From Mobula hypostoma (lineage: Eukaryota), in NCBI RefSeq assembly GCF_963921235.1, contig NC_086108.1:102736001-102800000 (forward strand): DNA of 64,000 nt, in the 5' to 3' direction. This document shows, piece by piece, positions 36,996 to 50,625 of the stretch. The position numbers and the translations under genes are program-made. The stretch's first letter is position 1. Each line of letters opens with the position of its first letter. Below the pieces are notes generated by a model. That model searched no databases. It worked only from the letters and a program-made list of their open reading frames with translations, and was not told where the DNA came from.

Positions 36996-38279
36996 CAAAT
37001 CCCTTTCCTCCACTTATTTCTATGTTTACCATTTACTCTCACATACCCATTAAAAGCCCACGCCAATTCTCCTGTCAACCACCTACACAGCATGGGTAAT
37101 TTACAGCATTTAACGAACATATCTTTGGGGAGTGGGAGGAAAGCACAATCGCTCAATCACAGTCATGCCCTCTGTCCTCTCCATCCCTCTCCTCTCTTTA
37201 AAGCACATTTGCTTCTAATTCCGGCAAGGATCCTTGAATTTTTACACTGTTTTTCTCTCTGCCAGGTTCTGAGTGCTTCCAGCATTTTCGGATGTTACAT
37301 CAGATTTGCAGCATCTCCCACTGTTGACACAAGAGATTCTTCGGATGCTGGAAATCCGGAGCAACACACACAAAATGCTAAAGGAACTCATCCGGTCCGA
37401 CAGCATCTATGAAGAGGAGCAAACAATAAGACCCTTCATCAGGATTGGAAAAGAAGCCATAATAAGAAGATGGTGGGAAGCAAGGGAAAGATTACAAGCT
37501 GAAAAGTTCCATTATTTTGTGTGTGTTGCCTGCGATTGCTGATCTTTGATGAGTGAACATACTGGAACCTCAGTGCCAGGTTCTGTTCTGTACAACCGCG
37601 ATATCTGTACGATAGTCACTTCATAAAGTAATGAGAATGGCTTGGCTTTGAGTTGATGCTCTGTAAGCAGACAGGCTATAATTCAAAGGAGCACTTTTGA
37701 GATGGGTTGGCTAAAGCGTAATTGCCACAAGGAACAAATTTCCTCTCTTATATCTCATTTTTGATTGAAATACTGTATCATCATGGAAGGATATTATCCA
37801 GTAACTCTTTAAGCTAGACGTTATGAGCCTCCTCTATTTATCTATTTTTTCCACATTATCTGTCACGGATGCCTTGTTGCTAAAGCAGCAATTACAGTAC
37901 GGAGATCATAAAGCATGCCAATCAGTGTCTGATCCTCAAGCAAGAGCAACCCTCCTTCTCAAGCAGTCAAACATTCAAAGTTAGTTCACAACCGGCCAAG
38001 ATTTCACACTAAGCTAAATAAAGAGATCTTTGGGGAAACGGGAGAAGACTGGTTAAAGAACTTGGTTTAAAGATTCTAAGTACATTTATTATCCAAGTAT
38101 GTATGCAGTATGCAACCCTGAAATTTGTCTTCCCCACAGACAACCACCAAACATAGAAGAACCATGGAACTAACCTGTTCAAAGAAAAACATCAAACATC
38201 GAGCTCCCTTCCTCCCCACCCCCATGCGCACATAAAATTGCGCAAACCGCAACAAAAAAAGAGCACTTTTTTTAGCTTC

Positions 38280-38615
38280 ATTCATTATGTGCCACGTCAT
38301 ATGACGTGAATGATCATGGTCTTTCCATGATTGTGCTTGGCAAATTTTTCTACAGAAGTAGTTTGCCATTGCCTTCTTCTGGGCAGTGTCTTTACAAGAC
38401 GGGTGACCCCAGCCATTATCAACACTGTTCAAAGATGGTCTGCCTGGCATCTATAGTTGCATAACCAGGACTGTGATATGCAGCAGCTGCTCATACGATC
38501 ATCCAGCGCCTGCTCCCATGGCTTCACATGACCCTGATCAGAGGAGAGGGGCACAATAGTGCTAAGCATGTGCTACAATTTGCCCAAAGGTGACCTGCAG
38601 GCTAGTGGAGGGTAA
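38280..38615 (-). mobile_element. Non-autonomous RTE (Bov-A-like motif) element
   Basis: Minus strand gaagaaggcaatggcaaactacttctgtagaaaaatttgccaag; same family as 55808-56180 and 61690-62060. Confidence 0.7.
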
Positions 38616-39624
38616 CATCTTAAAAGATAAAAAGGGAGTTTGGGAGATTTAGGCAGAGAACTGGCTCTTGACAGCAGAGCCATGAATCATAATCAGGAAG
38701 ATTATGAGGAAAAACATTGGAGTAGAACTGGAAGTTTGCTGGAACCTCAGAGAAAGATTGATAGAAAATCAAGAAAAGATTAGCAGGCCAGGTACAGTCT
38801 GCAGAAGAAGAAATAAACTTAATGCTTTTAGTCACAGACTTTTCATCCAAACTGGGAAAGAAGGAAAGCAAACTTGTCTTATCTTGCAAAGAGTGTGGAG
38901 GTGTCACAATAGAATGATTTATGATTTGCCACATGTGCTGAGGTACTGTGGAAAGCTTTGCTTGGGATACCATCCACACAGATCATTTCATCAGATCAGT
39001 ACAATGAGGTAGTAGAAGGCAAAAGCAAATTCAGACTGCAGAATAAAGCATTGCAGTTACAAACAATATGCAGTGCAGGAAACAGGGGCAAGAGCCACAA
39101 TGAGGTAAGATTGTGAGGTCAAGAGTCCAAATTACCACACTAGGAGGCATTCAACCATCTTATAATGGCAGGATAGGAGCTGTCCTTAAGCTTGGTGGTA
39201 TGTGCCTTCAGGCTTTTATATCTTCTGCCCGATGGGAGGAGGAGAAGAGAAAATGTCTGGGGTGTGTGGGTATTTAATTATGTTGGCTGCTTTACCAAGG
39301 CAGAGAGAAGTGTAGACAGAGTCTACAGAGGGGAGCTTGGTTTTCTTGCTGTGCTGATCTTTGTTCACAACTCTGCAGTTTCTTTCCCAGGTAGTATAAG
39401 GATGAAATCTCTGGCAGGATTTCCGTGGTGTTAAGCTATTGATGAAGCTAGCTGTTTAGTGGGTTACTGAGGGCAAAAAAAATGTATACACTCTTGAAAA
39501 TACTCAGCAGTTTGATTTTAGATATAGATTTGGAAGTACAGCTTTGCAACTGGTCCTTGCAGCCAAAGGACCTTGCACCCCCCAATTACTCCCATATGAC
39601 CAATTATCCACCTCCAAGAGGACA

Positions 39625-39935
39625 ACAGCCTTGTCATGGTTTGGAGGCTTGCATGCCTCGATGATCCGGAGAGCTATTTTGGCTGGAGTTAGGGCCTTGC
39701 ACTTTGGCTTTTGGTCGGGTCACACATGCCAAACAAGTCAAAGGATAGAGCCCAGACAAAGAATGGTCCACTGGTCCTCCAGGTTTGGGTGTTCAGATCA
39801 GGGCTAACAATTCCGAATGGGCAAGAAAAGTTGCTATGGAAACAGCAATGAAGATTCCTTCCATGTGGCCAAGGACAGAGAAAGATGGAGGACCTTCATT
39901 GCTGCCCTAAACACCAGCAGCATAACGGGCAATTA
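39625..39935 (+). mobile_element. Non-autonomous RTE/Expander-like element
   Basis: Homologous to 20325-20750; ends gatggaggaccttcattgctgccctaaacaccagc. Confidence 0.6.
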
Positions 39936-40109
39936 ATTTAATAATAATTAAAACCTACAAACCCATATGTCTTTGGAATGTGGCAGGAGACCAAAGCACC
40001 TGTAGGAAACCAACATGGTCATGCGGAGAATACACAATCTTCTTACTGACAGCAACAGGAAATGAATGCCGGTCACTGGCACTGTAAAATTCAAGATTCA
40101 AAATTCATT

Positions 40110-41868
40110 TTGCACCGACCCCTGTGGCACATCACTAGTCACTGGCAGCCAACCAGAAAAGGATCCTTTTACTCCCACTCCCCGCCTCCTACCAATCAGC
40201 CAATGCTTTAACCATGTTAGTAACTTTCCTATAATACCATGGGCTCTTAACTTGGTCAGCAGCCTCATGTGTGGCACCTTGTCAAAGGTCTTCTGAAAGA
40301 ACAAATATACAACATCCACTGCATCCTCTTTATCCACGCTACTTATAATCTCCTCAAAGAATTCCAAAGAATTCGTCAGGCAGGATTTTCCCTGAAGGGA
40401 ACCATGCTGACTTTGTCCTATCTTGTCCTGTGTCACCAAGTACTCCATCACCTCATCCTTAACAATTGACTCCAACAAGTTCACAACCACTGAGGTCAGG
40501 CTAACTGGTCTATAATTTCCTTTCTGCTGCCTTCCTCCTTGCTTAAAGAGTGGGATAACGTTTGCAATTTTCCAGTCCTCTAGCAACATGCCAGAGTCCA
40601 ATGATTTTTGAAAGATCATTTCTAATGCCACCACAATCTCTAATGCTGCCTCTTTCAGAATCCTAGGGTGCAGTTCATCTGGTCCGGGTGACTTACGTAC
40701 CTTTAGATCTTTCAGCTTTTTGAGCACCTTCTCTCTTGGAACACTCTAACTCCCACTTCTCTTCCTTCACACACTACAACTTCAGGCATACTGCTAGTAT
40801 CTTCCACAGCGAAGACTGACGCAAAATACTCATTTAGTTCATAAGCCATCTCTTTGTCCCCCGTTATTATTTCTCCTGCCTCATTTTCTAGCGGTCCTAT
40901 ATCCACTCTCATTTCTCTTTTATTTTTAACATACTTGAAAAAACTTTGACTATCCACTTTGATATTATTTGCTAGCTTGCTTTCATATTTCACCTTTTCC
41001 TTTCTAAATATTTTTGTAGGTTTTTAAAAACTTCCCAATCCTCTATCTTCCCACTAATTTTTGCTTTGTTGTAAGCTTTTCTTTTGCTTTTACAATAGCT
41101 TTGACTTCCCTTGTCAGCTACGGTTGTACTATTTTGCCATTTGAGTATTTCTACATTTTTGGAATACACACGTCCTGCACCTTCCTCATTTTTCCCAGAA
41201 GCCTACATCATCACTACTCTGCTGACATCCCTGCCAGCAGCTCCTCCTAATTTACTTTGGCCAATTCCTCTCTCATACCACTGTAATTTCCCTTACTCCA
41301 CTGAAATACTGCTACATCAGACTTTACTTTCTCCCTATCAAATTTCAAGCTGAACACAATCATATTGTGATCACTGGTTCTGAAGGGTTCTTTTAGCTCC
41401 CTAATTGCCTCCAGTTCATTACATAACACCCAATCCAGTATAGCCGATTCGCTAGTAGGCTCAATGACAAACTGCTCTAAAAAGGTATCTCTTGGGCATT
41501 CAACAAACTCACTCTCTTGAGATCCATTACCAACCTGATTTTCCAAATTGACCTGCATGTTAAAATCTCCCATGACTACCATAACATTGCCCTTTTGACT
41601 CTCCCTTTTTATTTCCTGTTGTAACCTGTGGTCCACCTCTTGGGAGGCCACTGATGGGAGGCCTGTATATAACCGCCATCAATGTCCCTTTACCCTTGCA
41701 GTTTCTTAACTCAACCCACAAGGATTCAACATCTCCCAATCCTATGTCACATCCTTCTACTGATTTGAAGCCATTCTTTACCAGCAGAGCCACACCACCC
41801 CCTCTGCCTACCTTCCTATCCCTCCAATATAACGTGTAACCTTGGATATTCAGCTCCCGACTACAACC
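40110..41868 (-). mobile_element. CR1 LINE ORF2 (APE endonuclease + RT N-half), frameshifted
   Basis: VESLWVELRN..GTLMAVIYRPP, VVMGDFN, ILDWVLCN, SDHNMI, SPGPDELHPRILKE, NYRPVSLTSVV, FQKTFDKVPH, VPQGSV. Confidence 0.92.
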
Positions 41869-41869
41869 T

Positions 41870-42370
41870 GCCTAATAGGGGTCAAAAATAATGACAGTGT
41901 TGCTGGCTGCACTGTTTGCAACAGTGACTTTTCTATTGCCCATGGTGGGTTAAGACTGTAAAAGACGAGTTGAGGTGAGTTTAACAGGTGTCATTCGTTC
42001 ATTAGCATAGCTAACGTTATTTAAACTAGCTGGCCAGCTGCTAAGGAGCTACTCTATTGATGTCCTACGTGATGAGGCCAAACTCCCTGTAGACGTGCTT
42101 AAAGTTGTAATAGGATTAAAAACGACTCCATGATAACATATAAGTACATATTGTATTTTAATGTCAAATTTTCTGCATATACTCAGTTTACAGATTACAC
42201 ATTGGTTTACAGATTAGACAAATCACTAAACAAAGTATTACATAAGACAATATAATAAGGATACACCTTATGCTTTTATTTCTTTTAGGGACCACAACAT
42301 ATTAGGGAGGCTAATCGCAGGGAAGGCTGCTCAAGTATTTCACAGTTCTTTTCAGCAGAGCCACATCACA
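41870..42370 (+). mobile_element. hAT-like transposase 5' fragment (BED-type zinc finger split by an intron)
   Basis: CTVCNSDFSIAHGG..DCKRRVE (one frameshift) | gtgagt 41975 ... ttttag 42288 | GPQHIREANRREGCSSISQFF. Confidence 0.65.
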
Positions 42371-42644
42371 GTACAAGGAAAGTTTGCAAAAGAAATAGAA
42401 AAGCTATTTGCATTAGCATTAGCATTGAGATTGCCAACAAAATACTCAGCAAGGAATATATATGTGTGTGTGTGTGTGTGTGTAAATAGTTTCAATATGT
42501 GTCAAATAAATTGTTGTGTTCTTTCATAATCAAATGTCCCGTATACATGCGCCCTTGGAGGTTGGGGGGGGGGTGGTATATGGGGTTGCAGGGAGGTAGG
42601 GCTGCTATCTCCCTGAAATGAGTTTTTGCAGGGTGGGATGTCTG

Positions 42645-42810
42645 TATTACCTCCATTTGAAATGGACATCCCTCTACTCTGAGGCTGTGCCCTCTGGTGT
42701 TAGACTCCCCCACCATAGGAAACATCCTCTCTAAATCTACTCTGTTGAGGCCTTTCAACATTCAATATGTTTTAATGCAATCCCCATTTATTCTGCTGAA
42801 TTCCAGTATG
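42645..42810 (-). mobile_element. CR1 fragment
   Basis: MLKGLNRVDLERMFPMVGESNTRGHSLRVEG. Confidence 0.8.
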
Positions 42811-43554
42811 ATAGAAATTGCCAAGTCTAGCCTTGCCAGTAACACATAAATGAATAATAACATCTCTCCTTTGCATCCTCTCCAAGCTTTTGATATCCTT
42901 AAATGCGATGCCAAGAGTTGGGCACTGTATTCCAACAGCCTATTGGTTGATTGATAATATCAACTCATCCACCAGAGGACTAATCCAAAAGAATGCTATG
43001 ATCTGATGTTGACCATCAGATAACTAACAGAGGGGAAGCAGGAGGCATAGAAACACTGTCATAACAAGGGATACTGGATATTCACTCAAAGCCATAAGTG
43101 AGGAGAGGAAGAGAGATTAGTCTGAGAAGAGCATATGAATCAAGAGGAGCCCTAGTTCACTGCAGGGACAATCGATACAAATGCCTGCTCATTTCTGTCT
43201 GAAATTTCTGCTTTAAATACTAACAGCATGATTTGTATTCTACTTTCGACCATTCCATTAACCTTTTTTTATCACTTCACTTCACTTCAAGATAAGGCAC
43301 TGGAACATTTGTAATGTATTTGCCCTCAGGTAATATATGCATAAAATGAATTAAATATTTAAAAAAATATATGTCATCTAATGCATTGTTTCGTCTTTGC
43401 TCCAACATCCCATGAATATTTGTTCAGTCTACAACAAATTTACATATCCTTGCAATATGCAGAACACATCATTTCAGAAGGCTCTGTCCAAATTGTTGAT
43501 TGGAGAAAATTAATTATAAATGGCCACGATAAGGTTTAAAATGCACTGCCAGAA

Positions 43555-43576
43555 AGAGAGAGAGAGAGAGAGAGAG
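43555..43576. repeat. (GA)n microsatellite
   Basis: Direct reading. Confidence 0.9.
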
Positions 43577-44634
43577 TTAATGTGTTGTATGACCTGCAAA
43601 TTGCTTAATAGATTGCAACTAAATGACATGAATGATTATCAGAAAGGTGAAGGTAAAACACAAGGGGGATGAAAGGTGAGAGAAACTCAAGCACATAACC
43701 TGTGTTGGCTCTAGTGTTGTGAGTTGGGAGTGCTGCACTGCCAGAAGTTTTTCGCAGATAAGATGCATGATTTGAGACCCTGCCAGGTGCATGTGAAAGA
43801 CAGTGGGAATTTTTCAAGGCAGCACTCCAAATGGCCGGATATTCTCGGTGTCGCTCCGGTAGTAATAGTGTGAACACTCGAGAGTGATATTCTCCGAAGG
43901 GGTTGTCTATTGGTGGCTGAAGAGAAAAATTTGGAACCCACGTAACCGGGATTGTAGGGTGGATTCCCTCAACGAAGAACGCCTGCGTGCGTCTTTGCTT
44001 AACGTGGGGAGGCTGATACATGGGCATCCACCACATGGTCCTTGACAGACTGAAGTTAGGGTCCAGTGACATAGAATGCAAGCTGACTGGGGACCCTTCA
44101 CTCCTGCTGCCTTCCTCCACCTTCATCGCCGTTGTGATGTGTCATCATCTTCCGCCAACTCCACTGTTGCGGTCTTAGATGGGTTTCTCTTTGTTCGGAA
44201 CCTCCCTCTTGACCTTACTGCTGTGGGAGACCTTACCAGGAGCAAAGAGTCAGATAGCTTAATCTCTAGACAGCATCTGTCCCAAGATCTCAGAACCTCA
44301 CTAGCCTCTCTACTACGGTAAGGTGATGATGGCTACTGCATGTTCTCCCCATGACCCTCTGGGACTGATTTCTTCGCACTCTCAAAGACGTGCTGGTTAC
44401 CAGTTTATTTGGAAATAAATTATCCCTAATGTCAGCAGCTGGTGGGAAAATTGGTGAGGGTGTTAATGGACTTTTATGAGATCACAGGAATGTAAACACG
44501 GGACAGGGTTATAGAATAGAACATAAAACAGTAAGACGCAGTACAGGCATTTTGGTCCAACACATGCAGGCTATATAAACTTACTCTATGATTTAACACT
44601 TCCCTTCCCTCGCAGCCCATACCTTGAGATATGA

Positions 44635-45300
44635 AACCTCCCCGTCAATGTCGCAAAAACAAAGGAGCTGGTTGTGGATTCCAGGAGGAATGGAAATGGG
44701 CTAACCCCAATTGACATCAATGGATCTGGGGTTGAGAGGGTAAACAGCTTCAAGTTCCTCAGCATACACATCACCGAGGACCTCACATGGTCTGTACACA
44801 CCAGCTGTGTGGTGTAAAAGGCACAACAGTGCCTCTTTCACCTCAGACAGTTGAGGAAGTTTGGTATGGGCCCCCAAATCCTAAGAACTTTCTACAGGGG
44901 CACAATTGAGAGCACCCTGACTGGCTGTATCTCCCTTAATCGCAGGATTCTGCAGACAGTGGTGCGGACATCCCAGCACATCTGTAGTTGTGAACTTCCC
45001 ATGGTTCAGGACATTTACAAGGACAGGTGTGTAAAAAGGGCCTGTAGGATCATTGGGGACCCAAACCATCCCAACCACAATCTATTCCAGCTGGTACCAT
45101 CTTGGAGGTGGTACTGTAGCATAAAAACCAGGACCAACAGGCTCCAGGACAGCCTCTTCCACCAGGTCATCAGACTGATGAACTCACACTGATTTGAGTG
45201 TACTCTATATTACATTAACTGTCTAGTTGGAGATGTAACATAAAGATTTTTACTCCTCATATATGTGAAGGATGTAAGAAATAAAGTCAATTCAATTCAA
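44635..45300 (+). mobile_element. Rex1/Babar 3' fragment
   Basis: NVAKTKELVVD, FYRGTIESTLTGCI, HPNHNLFQLVPS; tail aataaagtcaattcaattcaa. Confidence 0.82.
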
Positions 45301-45969
45301 ATATGAGCTTCTATTTACATGCACACAAACATCACGTTTACTAGCTAGGGCCTATCAACTGTGGCCACAAAGGTGTGAGAACAACAGGAAGTCCTGTGAG
45401 GCTGAATGGGTTACAAAAATCAACAGGTGCTCCAGGTTAGACTCCAAAAGATGTCATGCATGAAAGAATCCATGGTATGTTTCTGAAAAACAGTGGCAGA
45501 TCCAATGCCACTAAAGCTAGATTATCTGCTCACTCATGTCATGCTTTGTGGGGGACTTGGCTACGTGGAAAAGCTATCATGTTGTCCAGGTACTACAAAA
45601 GGACTTAACTGCAGACACAAGAGAGACTGCGGGTGCTGGAGTCATAGGGATAGTCAGCATAATGATTTGGGCAACTTTTTCATGCAGAGGGTGGTGTGTA
45701 TTAAGAATGAGCTGCCAGGAATAGTTGTTCAGGTGGGCACATTAGCAACATTTAAAGATGTCTAGATAAGTCCATGCATAGGAGAGGTGTAGAAGGCTAT
45801 GGGCTAAATGTGAGCAGATAGGTCTAGCTCGCTGGGCAACAGTTAGCATGGATGAGCTGGGCTGAAAGGCCTGTTTCTGTGCTGTAACTCTATAATTCTA
45901 TGACCTTCCACCCAGTCCTGATGCAAGACCTTCACCCAAAATATCAACACACATCTTTTGCCTTCACAG

Positions 45970-46275
45970 ATAAGACCATAAGACATAGGAGCAGAATTAA
46001 GCCATTCAGCCCATCGAGTCTGCTCTGCCACTCCATCATGGTTGATCTCAGATCCCACTCAACCCCATATACCTGCCATCTCGCCATATCCTTTGATGCA
46101 ATGACTAATCAGGAAACTAGCAACCCACTTTAAATATACCCACAGACTTGGCCTCCACCACAGTCTGTGGCAAAGCACTCCTCAGATCCACTACCGTCAG
46201 GCTAAAAAAAGATCCTCCTCATCTTTCTTCTAAAAGGTTGCCCTTCAATTTTGATGCCGTGCCCTCTAGTTCTTG
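45970..46275 (-). mobile_element. CR1 3' end
   Basis: TRGHGIKIEGQPFR, then reverse-complement CR1 tail (cttatggtcttat). Confidence 0.8.
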
Positions 46276-46624
46276 TGTTTTTAATTATTATTGTGTTCTT
46301 TATCTTATTGTGTTTTTTTTGTGCTGCATGAGATCTGAAGTTACAATTATTTTGTTCTCCTTTACACTTGTATACAGGAAACGACATTAAACAGTCCTGA
46401 TTCACTTGACAATTGCATCACAATAAATTGAAAATAAGTAGCTTCCCCTCTTTAACTTCCCATTTCTCATTATTCTCGATGCTGTGCTGATTGTTATTCC
46501 TCCGTTGTGTATTAACTACGTGCTGCAAAGATAAAAATGGACATTTGATGCTGTTTCTATCCTATACAACATGGAACCTGTAACATCAACGGTTAATGTA
46601 ATATGAGATGTAGCTTTACCTTTA

Positions 46625-46626
<2 letters not shown>

Positions 46627-46667
<41 letters not shown>

Positions 46668-46692
46668 TACACTCACACACACACACACACAC
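46627..46692. repeat. Compound (CT)n(CA)n microsatellite
   Basis: Direct reading. Confidence 0.95.
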
Positions 46693-46887
46693 TGGGGTAT
46701 TTTCAGATTATGTTTTCTTTTGCACATTGGTTGTTTATCAATCTTGTTGTGTGTAGTTTTTCAGTAACTCTATTACATTTATTTAATCCCCTGTGAACGC
46801 CTGCCAGAAAAGGAATCTCAGGGTAGTCTACAGTGCCATATATGTAGTTCAATAACAAATTTACTTTGAACTTTTGAACATTGGAAG

Positions 46888-47220
46888 CTTACTTATTGCC
46901 TGTTACACTGTTGGCATTTAGGGCAACATTGAACGTCCTCCATCTCTGTCTGCCCATACTGCCACACATAGATGTAGAAGGATTCTTCATTGCTGTTTCT
47001 GTAACAATTTTGTTTTACCAGTCAGGGTTGTTAGCTCTGAGATGAACCCCCAAAACCTGGAGCGCCAGAGAACCACTCTTAGTCTGGCCTCAACCCTGTT
47101 TGACATGGGTGACCCTACCAAGAGCCAAAGCATAAAGCCCTGATTCCAGCCAACATAGCTCTCCAGGTCTTTCAGGCATGGCCTCCAAACCCAAAGACAA
47201 GGTTGTGGTCCTCTTGGCAG
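46888..47220 (-). mobile_element. Non-autonomous RTE/Expander-like element
   Basis: Near-collinear with 20325-20750. Confidence 0.6.
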
Positions 47221-47769
47221 TTTGAATTTTGAAACCTAACTTTTCAATCAAACATTAAGCCATCTCCTCTCTTTTCTTGCTTTGACATTTACTCTCTTGC
47301 TCCATCAAGAAGCTGATGGTGTTCACTGAGCAGATGAGTTGAAAGCTTTGGACAGCCAACTCTCTTCCCTGAGTGGTTTCTGGCATTGCTTTTCAATGAA
47401 TTCAAATACTGATTTCAGAAATGATTGATGCCACTGTAATTCATTTTTCCTCCTCAAATATTTTTCCCTAAAAATCACATTAATCTAGCAATGATGTACA
47501 AGTTACTTCTGAAATTAAGTTACTGCGCCCTGATATTGGAGGCATTGGCTCAAAGTTAATAACAGGTTGTAAGAGAGACATTACTCTCTCTGAAATGTAA
47601 TAAGATTTACTCACAGATTTCATGTCAAGATCTGGCCTGAAGGAAGGTGCAATCTGTGACAGATGGAACGGTGTTAGGGCCAGAGGAGATGTGTGTGCTC
47701 ACATCTTAGTCAGTCGCATGACATTGAGTTATTAGATTTGCCAGACCTTCCTCAATGGTACTCAGAGGG

Positions 47770-48230
47770 TTCAGTTCCGGTCACCTCATTACAGGCAGGA
47801 TGTGGAATCTTTAGAGAGGGTGCAGGCATTTGCCGTGATGATGCATGGATTAGAAAGGATGCCCTATGATGATAGGTTGTATGTGCTAGGGCTTTTCTCT
47901 TTGGAGAGAAGGAAGATTAGAAGCATGATAAGAGACATGGATCAAGAGGACAGCCAGAAGCTTCTCCCCAGGCTGGAAATGGCTAATAAAGGAGCACAAC
48001 TTTAAGGGGTTGGAAGGAAAGTATAGGGATGATATCATGGGTAGATTTTTTACACAGAGTGCTACTGTAGGTGCATGGAACGCACTGTAAGCGTGGTGTT
48101 AGAGACATTTAAGAGACGCCTAGATGAAAAAAGAAAGAAGGGCTATATGGGAGGGAAGAGTTAGATAGGTCTTGGATAGGTTAAGGGTCGGCTGAACATT
48201 ATAGGCCAAAGGGCCTGTACTGTTCTATAA
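47770..48230 (+). mobile_element. Old CR1 3' fragment
   Basis: ESLERVQ...YDDRLYVLGLFSLERRKIR. Confidence 0.7.
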
Positions 48231-48559
48231 AATCTATGGTAAAAAATGCTCCTTATCAGTGTAGCAAACTGGCCTCTGAATCAAAATGTCGTGGGTTGAA
48301 GATCCATCCAGAGGTCTGAGCACAAGCATCTGTTCTACCATTTTGTGTCAATGAAACTGAGAGGATAGACATCATCGTCATCATGATTATGTGCCGCATC
48401 ATTTGACGCAGCTGATCATGGCCTACAACCATGATTATACTTAACAAATTTTTCTATTGAAGTGGTTTGCTATTGCCTTCTTCTCAGCAGATATTACAAG
48501 GTGGGTGACCCCAGCCATTATCAACACTCTTCAGACACTGTCTGCCTGACATCAATGGA

Positions 48560-50625
48560 TGCATAACCATGCATCACTGAGTCATGGCTGAAAGAAGTTG
48601 GGAGCTTAACATCAAAGGATATACTTTGTATCCAAAGGACAGGCAGGAAGGCATAGGCAGTGGTGTGGCTCTAGTGGTAAGAGATGGAATTACATCTTTA
48701 GAAAGAGGTGGCATTGGGTCAGAAAACGTTGAATCTTTGTGGATAGAGCAAGGGTTAAAAAATCCATTATAGGAATCATATATAGGCCTTCAAATAGTAG
48801 CCAAGATGTGGGGTTGAGATTGCAAAGGGACCTGGAAAAAGCATGTAATAAGGGTAATGACACAATTGTAATGGGGGCTTCAATATGCAAGGGGATTGGG
48901 AAAATCAGATTGGTGTTGGGTTGCAAGAGAGGGCATTTATTGAATGCCTACGAGATGGCTTTGTAGAGCATCTTGTGCTTGAGCCTACTCAGGTAAAAGC
49001 AATCTTAGATTGGGTAACACACACAAAATGCTGGAGGAACTCAGCAGGCCAAGCAGCACCTGTGGAAAAGAGTACAGTCGAAGTTTTGGGCTAAGACCCT
49101 TCAGCATCCGTAGATTGTGTGTTGTATAATAACCCAGATCTTATTAGAGAGCTTAATGTAAAGGAACCCTTAGGAGCCAGTGATCATAATATGATTGAAT
49201 TCCTACTGCATTTTCAGAGGGAGAAGCATAACTCACATGTATCAGTATTGCAATGGAATAAAGGGAATTACAGAGGCATGAGAGAGGAGCTTGACCAGGT
49301 GGATTGGAGGAGGACACTGGTGGGGATGAGGGCAAAGCAGAGATGGCTGAAGCTTCTGGGAATAGTTCACAAGGCATAGGATAGATATGTCCCACAGAAG
49401 AAGAAGTTCTCAAATGGCAGGGGCAGGCAATGTTGGCAACCAAAAAAAAACTGTAAGAAGGAAAAAGATGAAATATGAGGGCAAACTAGCCAATTATATA
49501 AAGCAGAATACCAGAAGTTTTTTCAGTTATGTAAAGAGTGAAAAGGAGGTGAGAGCTCATATTGGACCATTGGAAAATGCTGCTGGTGAGGTAGTAATGG
49601 GGGACAAAGAAATGGCAGATGAACCTAATGGGTACTTTGCATCTGTCTTCATTGTGAAAGACTCTACCAGAGGTCCGTGGGTGTCAGAGAGCAAAAGTGA
49701 GTGCCATTGCTATTACAAAGGAAAAAAGTGCTAGACAAACTTGAAATTCTTAGGATGGATAATTCTCCTGGACCAGATGGACTATATCCCAGAGTGCTGA
49801 GAAAGGTTGGTGAAGAGATAATGGACGCATTGGATGCGATTGTTCAAGAATCACTTGATTCTGGCATGATCCTGGAGGACTGGAAGATTACAAATGTCAC
49901 TCCACTCTTTAAAAAGAGAGGAAGGCAAAAGTAAGGGAATTATAGGCCAGTTAGCCTAACCTCAGTGGTTGGGAAAGTTTTGGAGTCCATTATTAAGGAT
50001 GAGGTTTTGGGATACTTGGAGACTAATGATAAAGTAAGTCAAAGTCAGCATGGTTTCTGTAAAGGGAAATCTTGCCTGAAAAATCTGTTAGAGTTCTTCA
50101 AGGAAGTAACAAGCAGGGTGGACAAAGGAGAGGCAGTGGATGTCATTTACTTGGATTTTCAGAAGGCATTTGATAAGGTGCCACACATGAAGCTGCTTAT
50201 CAAGATAAAATCCTATCGTGTTACAGGAAAGATACTGGCATGGGTAGAAGAATGGCTGACAGGCAACAGGCAGCACGTGGGACTAAAAGGGCCTGGTTGG
50301 TTGCCGGTGACTGGTGGTGTTCCTCAGGGGTCATTTCTGGGACCGTTACTTTTCACATTATTTGCAATGATTTGGATAATCGAATTAATGGTTTTGTGGC
50401 AAAGCTTGTGGATGATACGAAGATAGATGGAGGGGTAGGTAGTGCTGAGGAAGCAATGCAATTGCAGCAGGACTTAGATAAATTGGAAGAACAGGCAAAA
50501 AGTGGCAGATGGAATACAATGTTGGGAAATGTATGATAATGCATTTTGGTAAAAGGAACAATAATGAGGACTAGTATTGAAATGGAGAGAAGGTTCAAAC
50601 ATCAGCGGTGCTGAGGGACTTAGGA
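48560..50625 (+). mobile_element. CR1 ORF2 (APE endonuclease + RT), decayed; interrupted by a Penelope-derived repeat at ~49015-49110
   Basis: ITESWL, DRQEGIGSGVALVV, IYRPSNS, SDHNMIEF, SPGPDGLYPRVL, YLDFQKAFDKVPH, VPQGSFLGPLLF, DDTKI. Confidence 0.9.

Noticed and set aside
40098..41868. Possible intact or domesticated reverse transcriptase gene
   Set aside because: Multiple frameshifts and truncation at the QGSV motif; an ordinary dead CR1
43605..44126. 173-aa minus-strand ORF
   Set aside because: No recognisable domain; its upstream half overlaps sequence resembling a non-coding RTE-derived repeat (about 43970-44340), so it is probably a chance ORF
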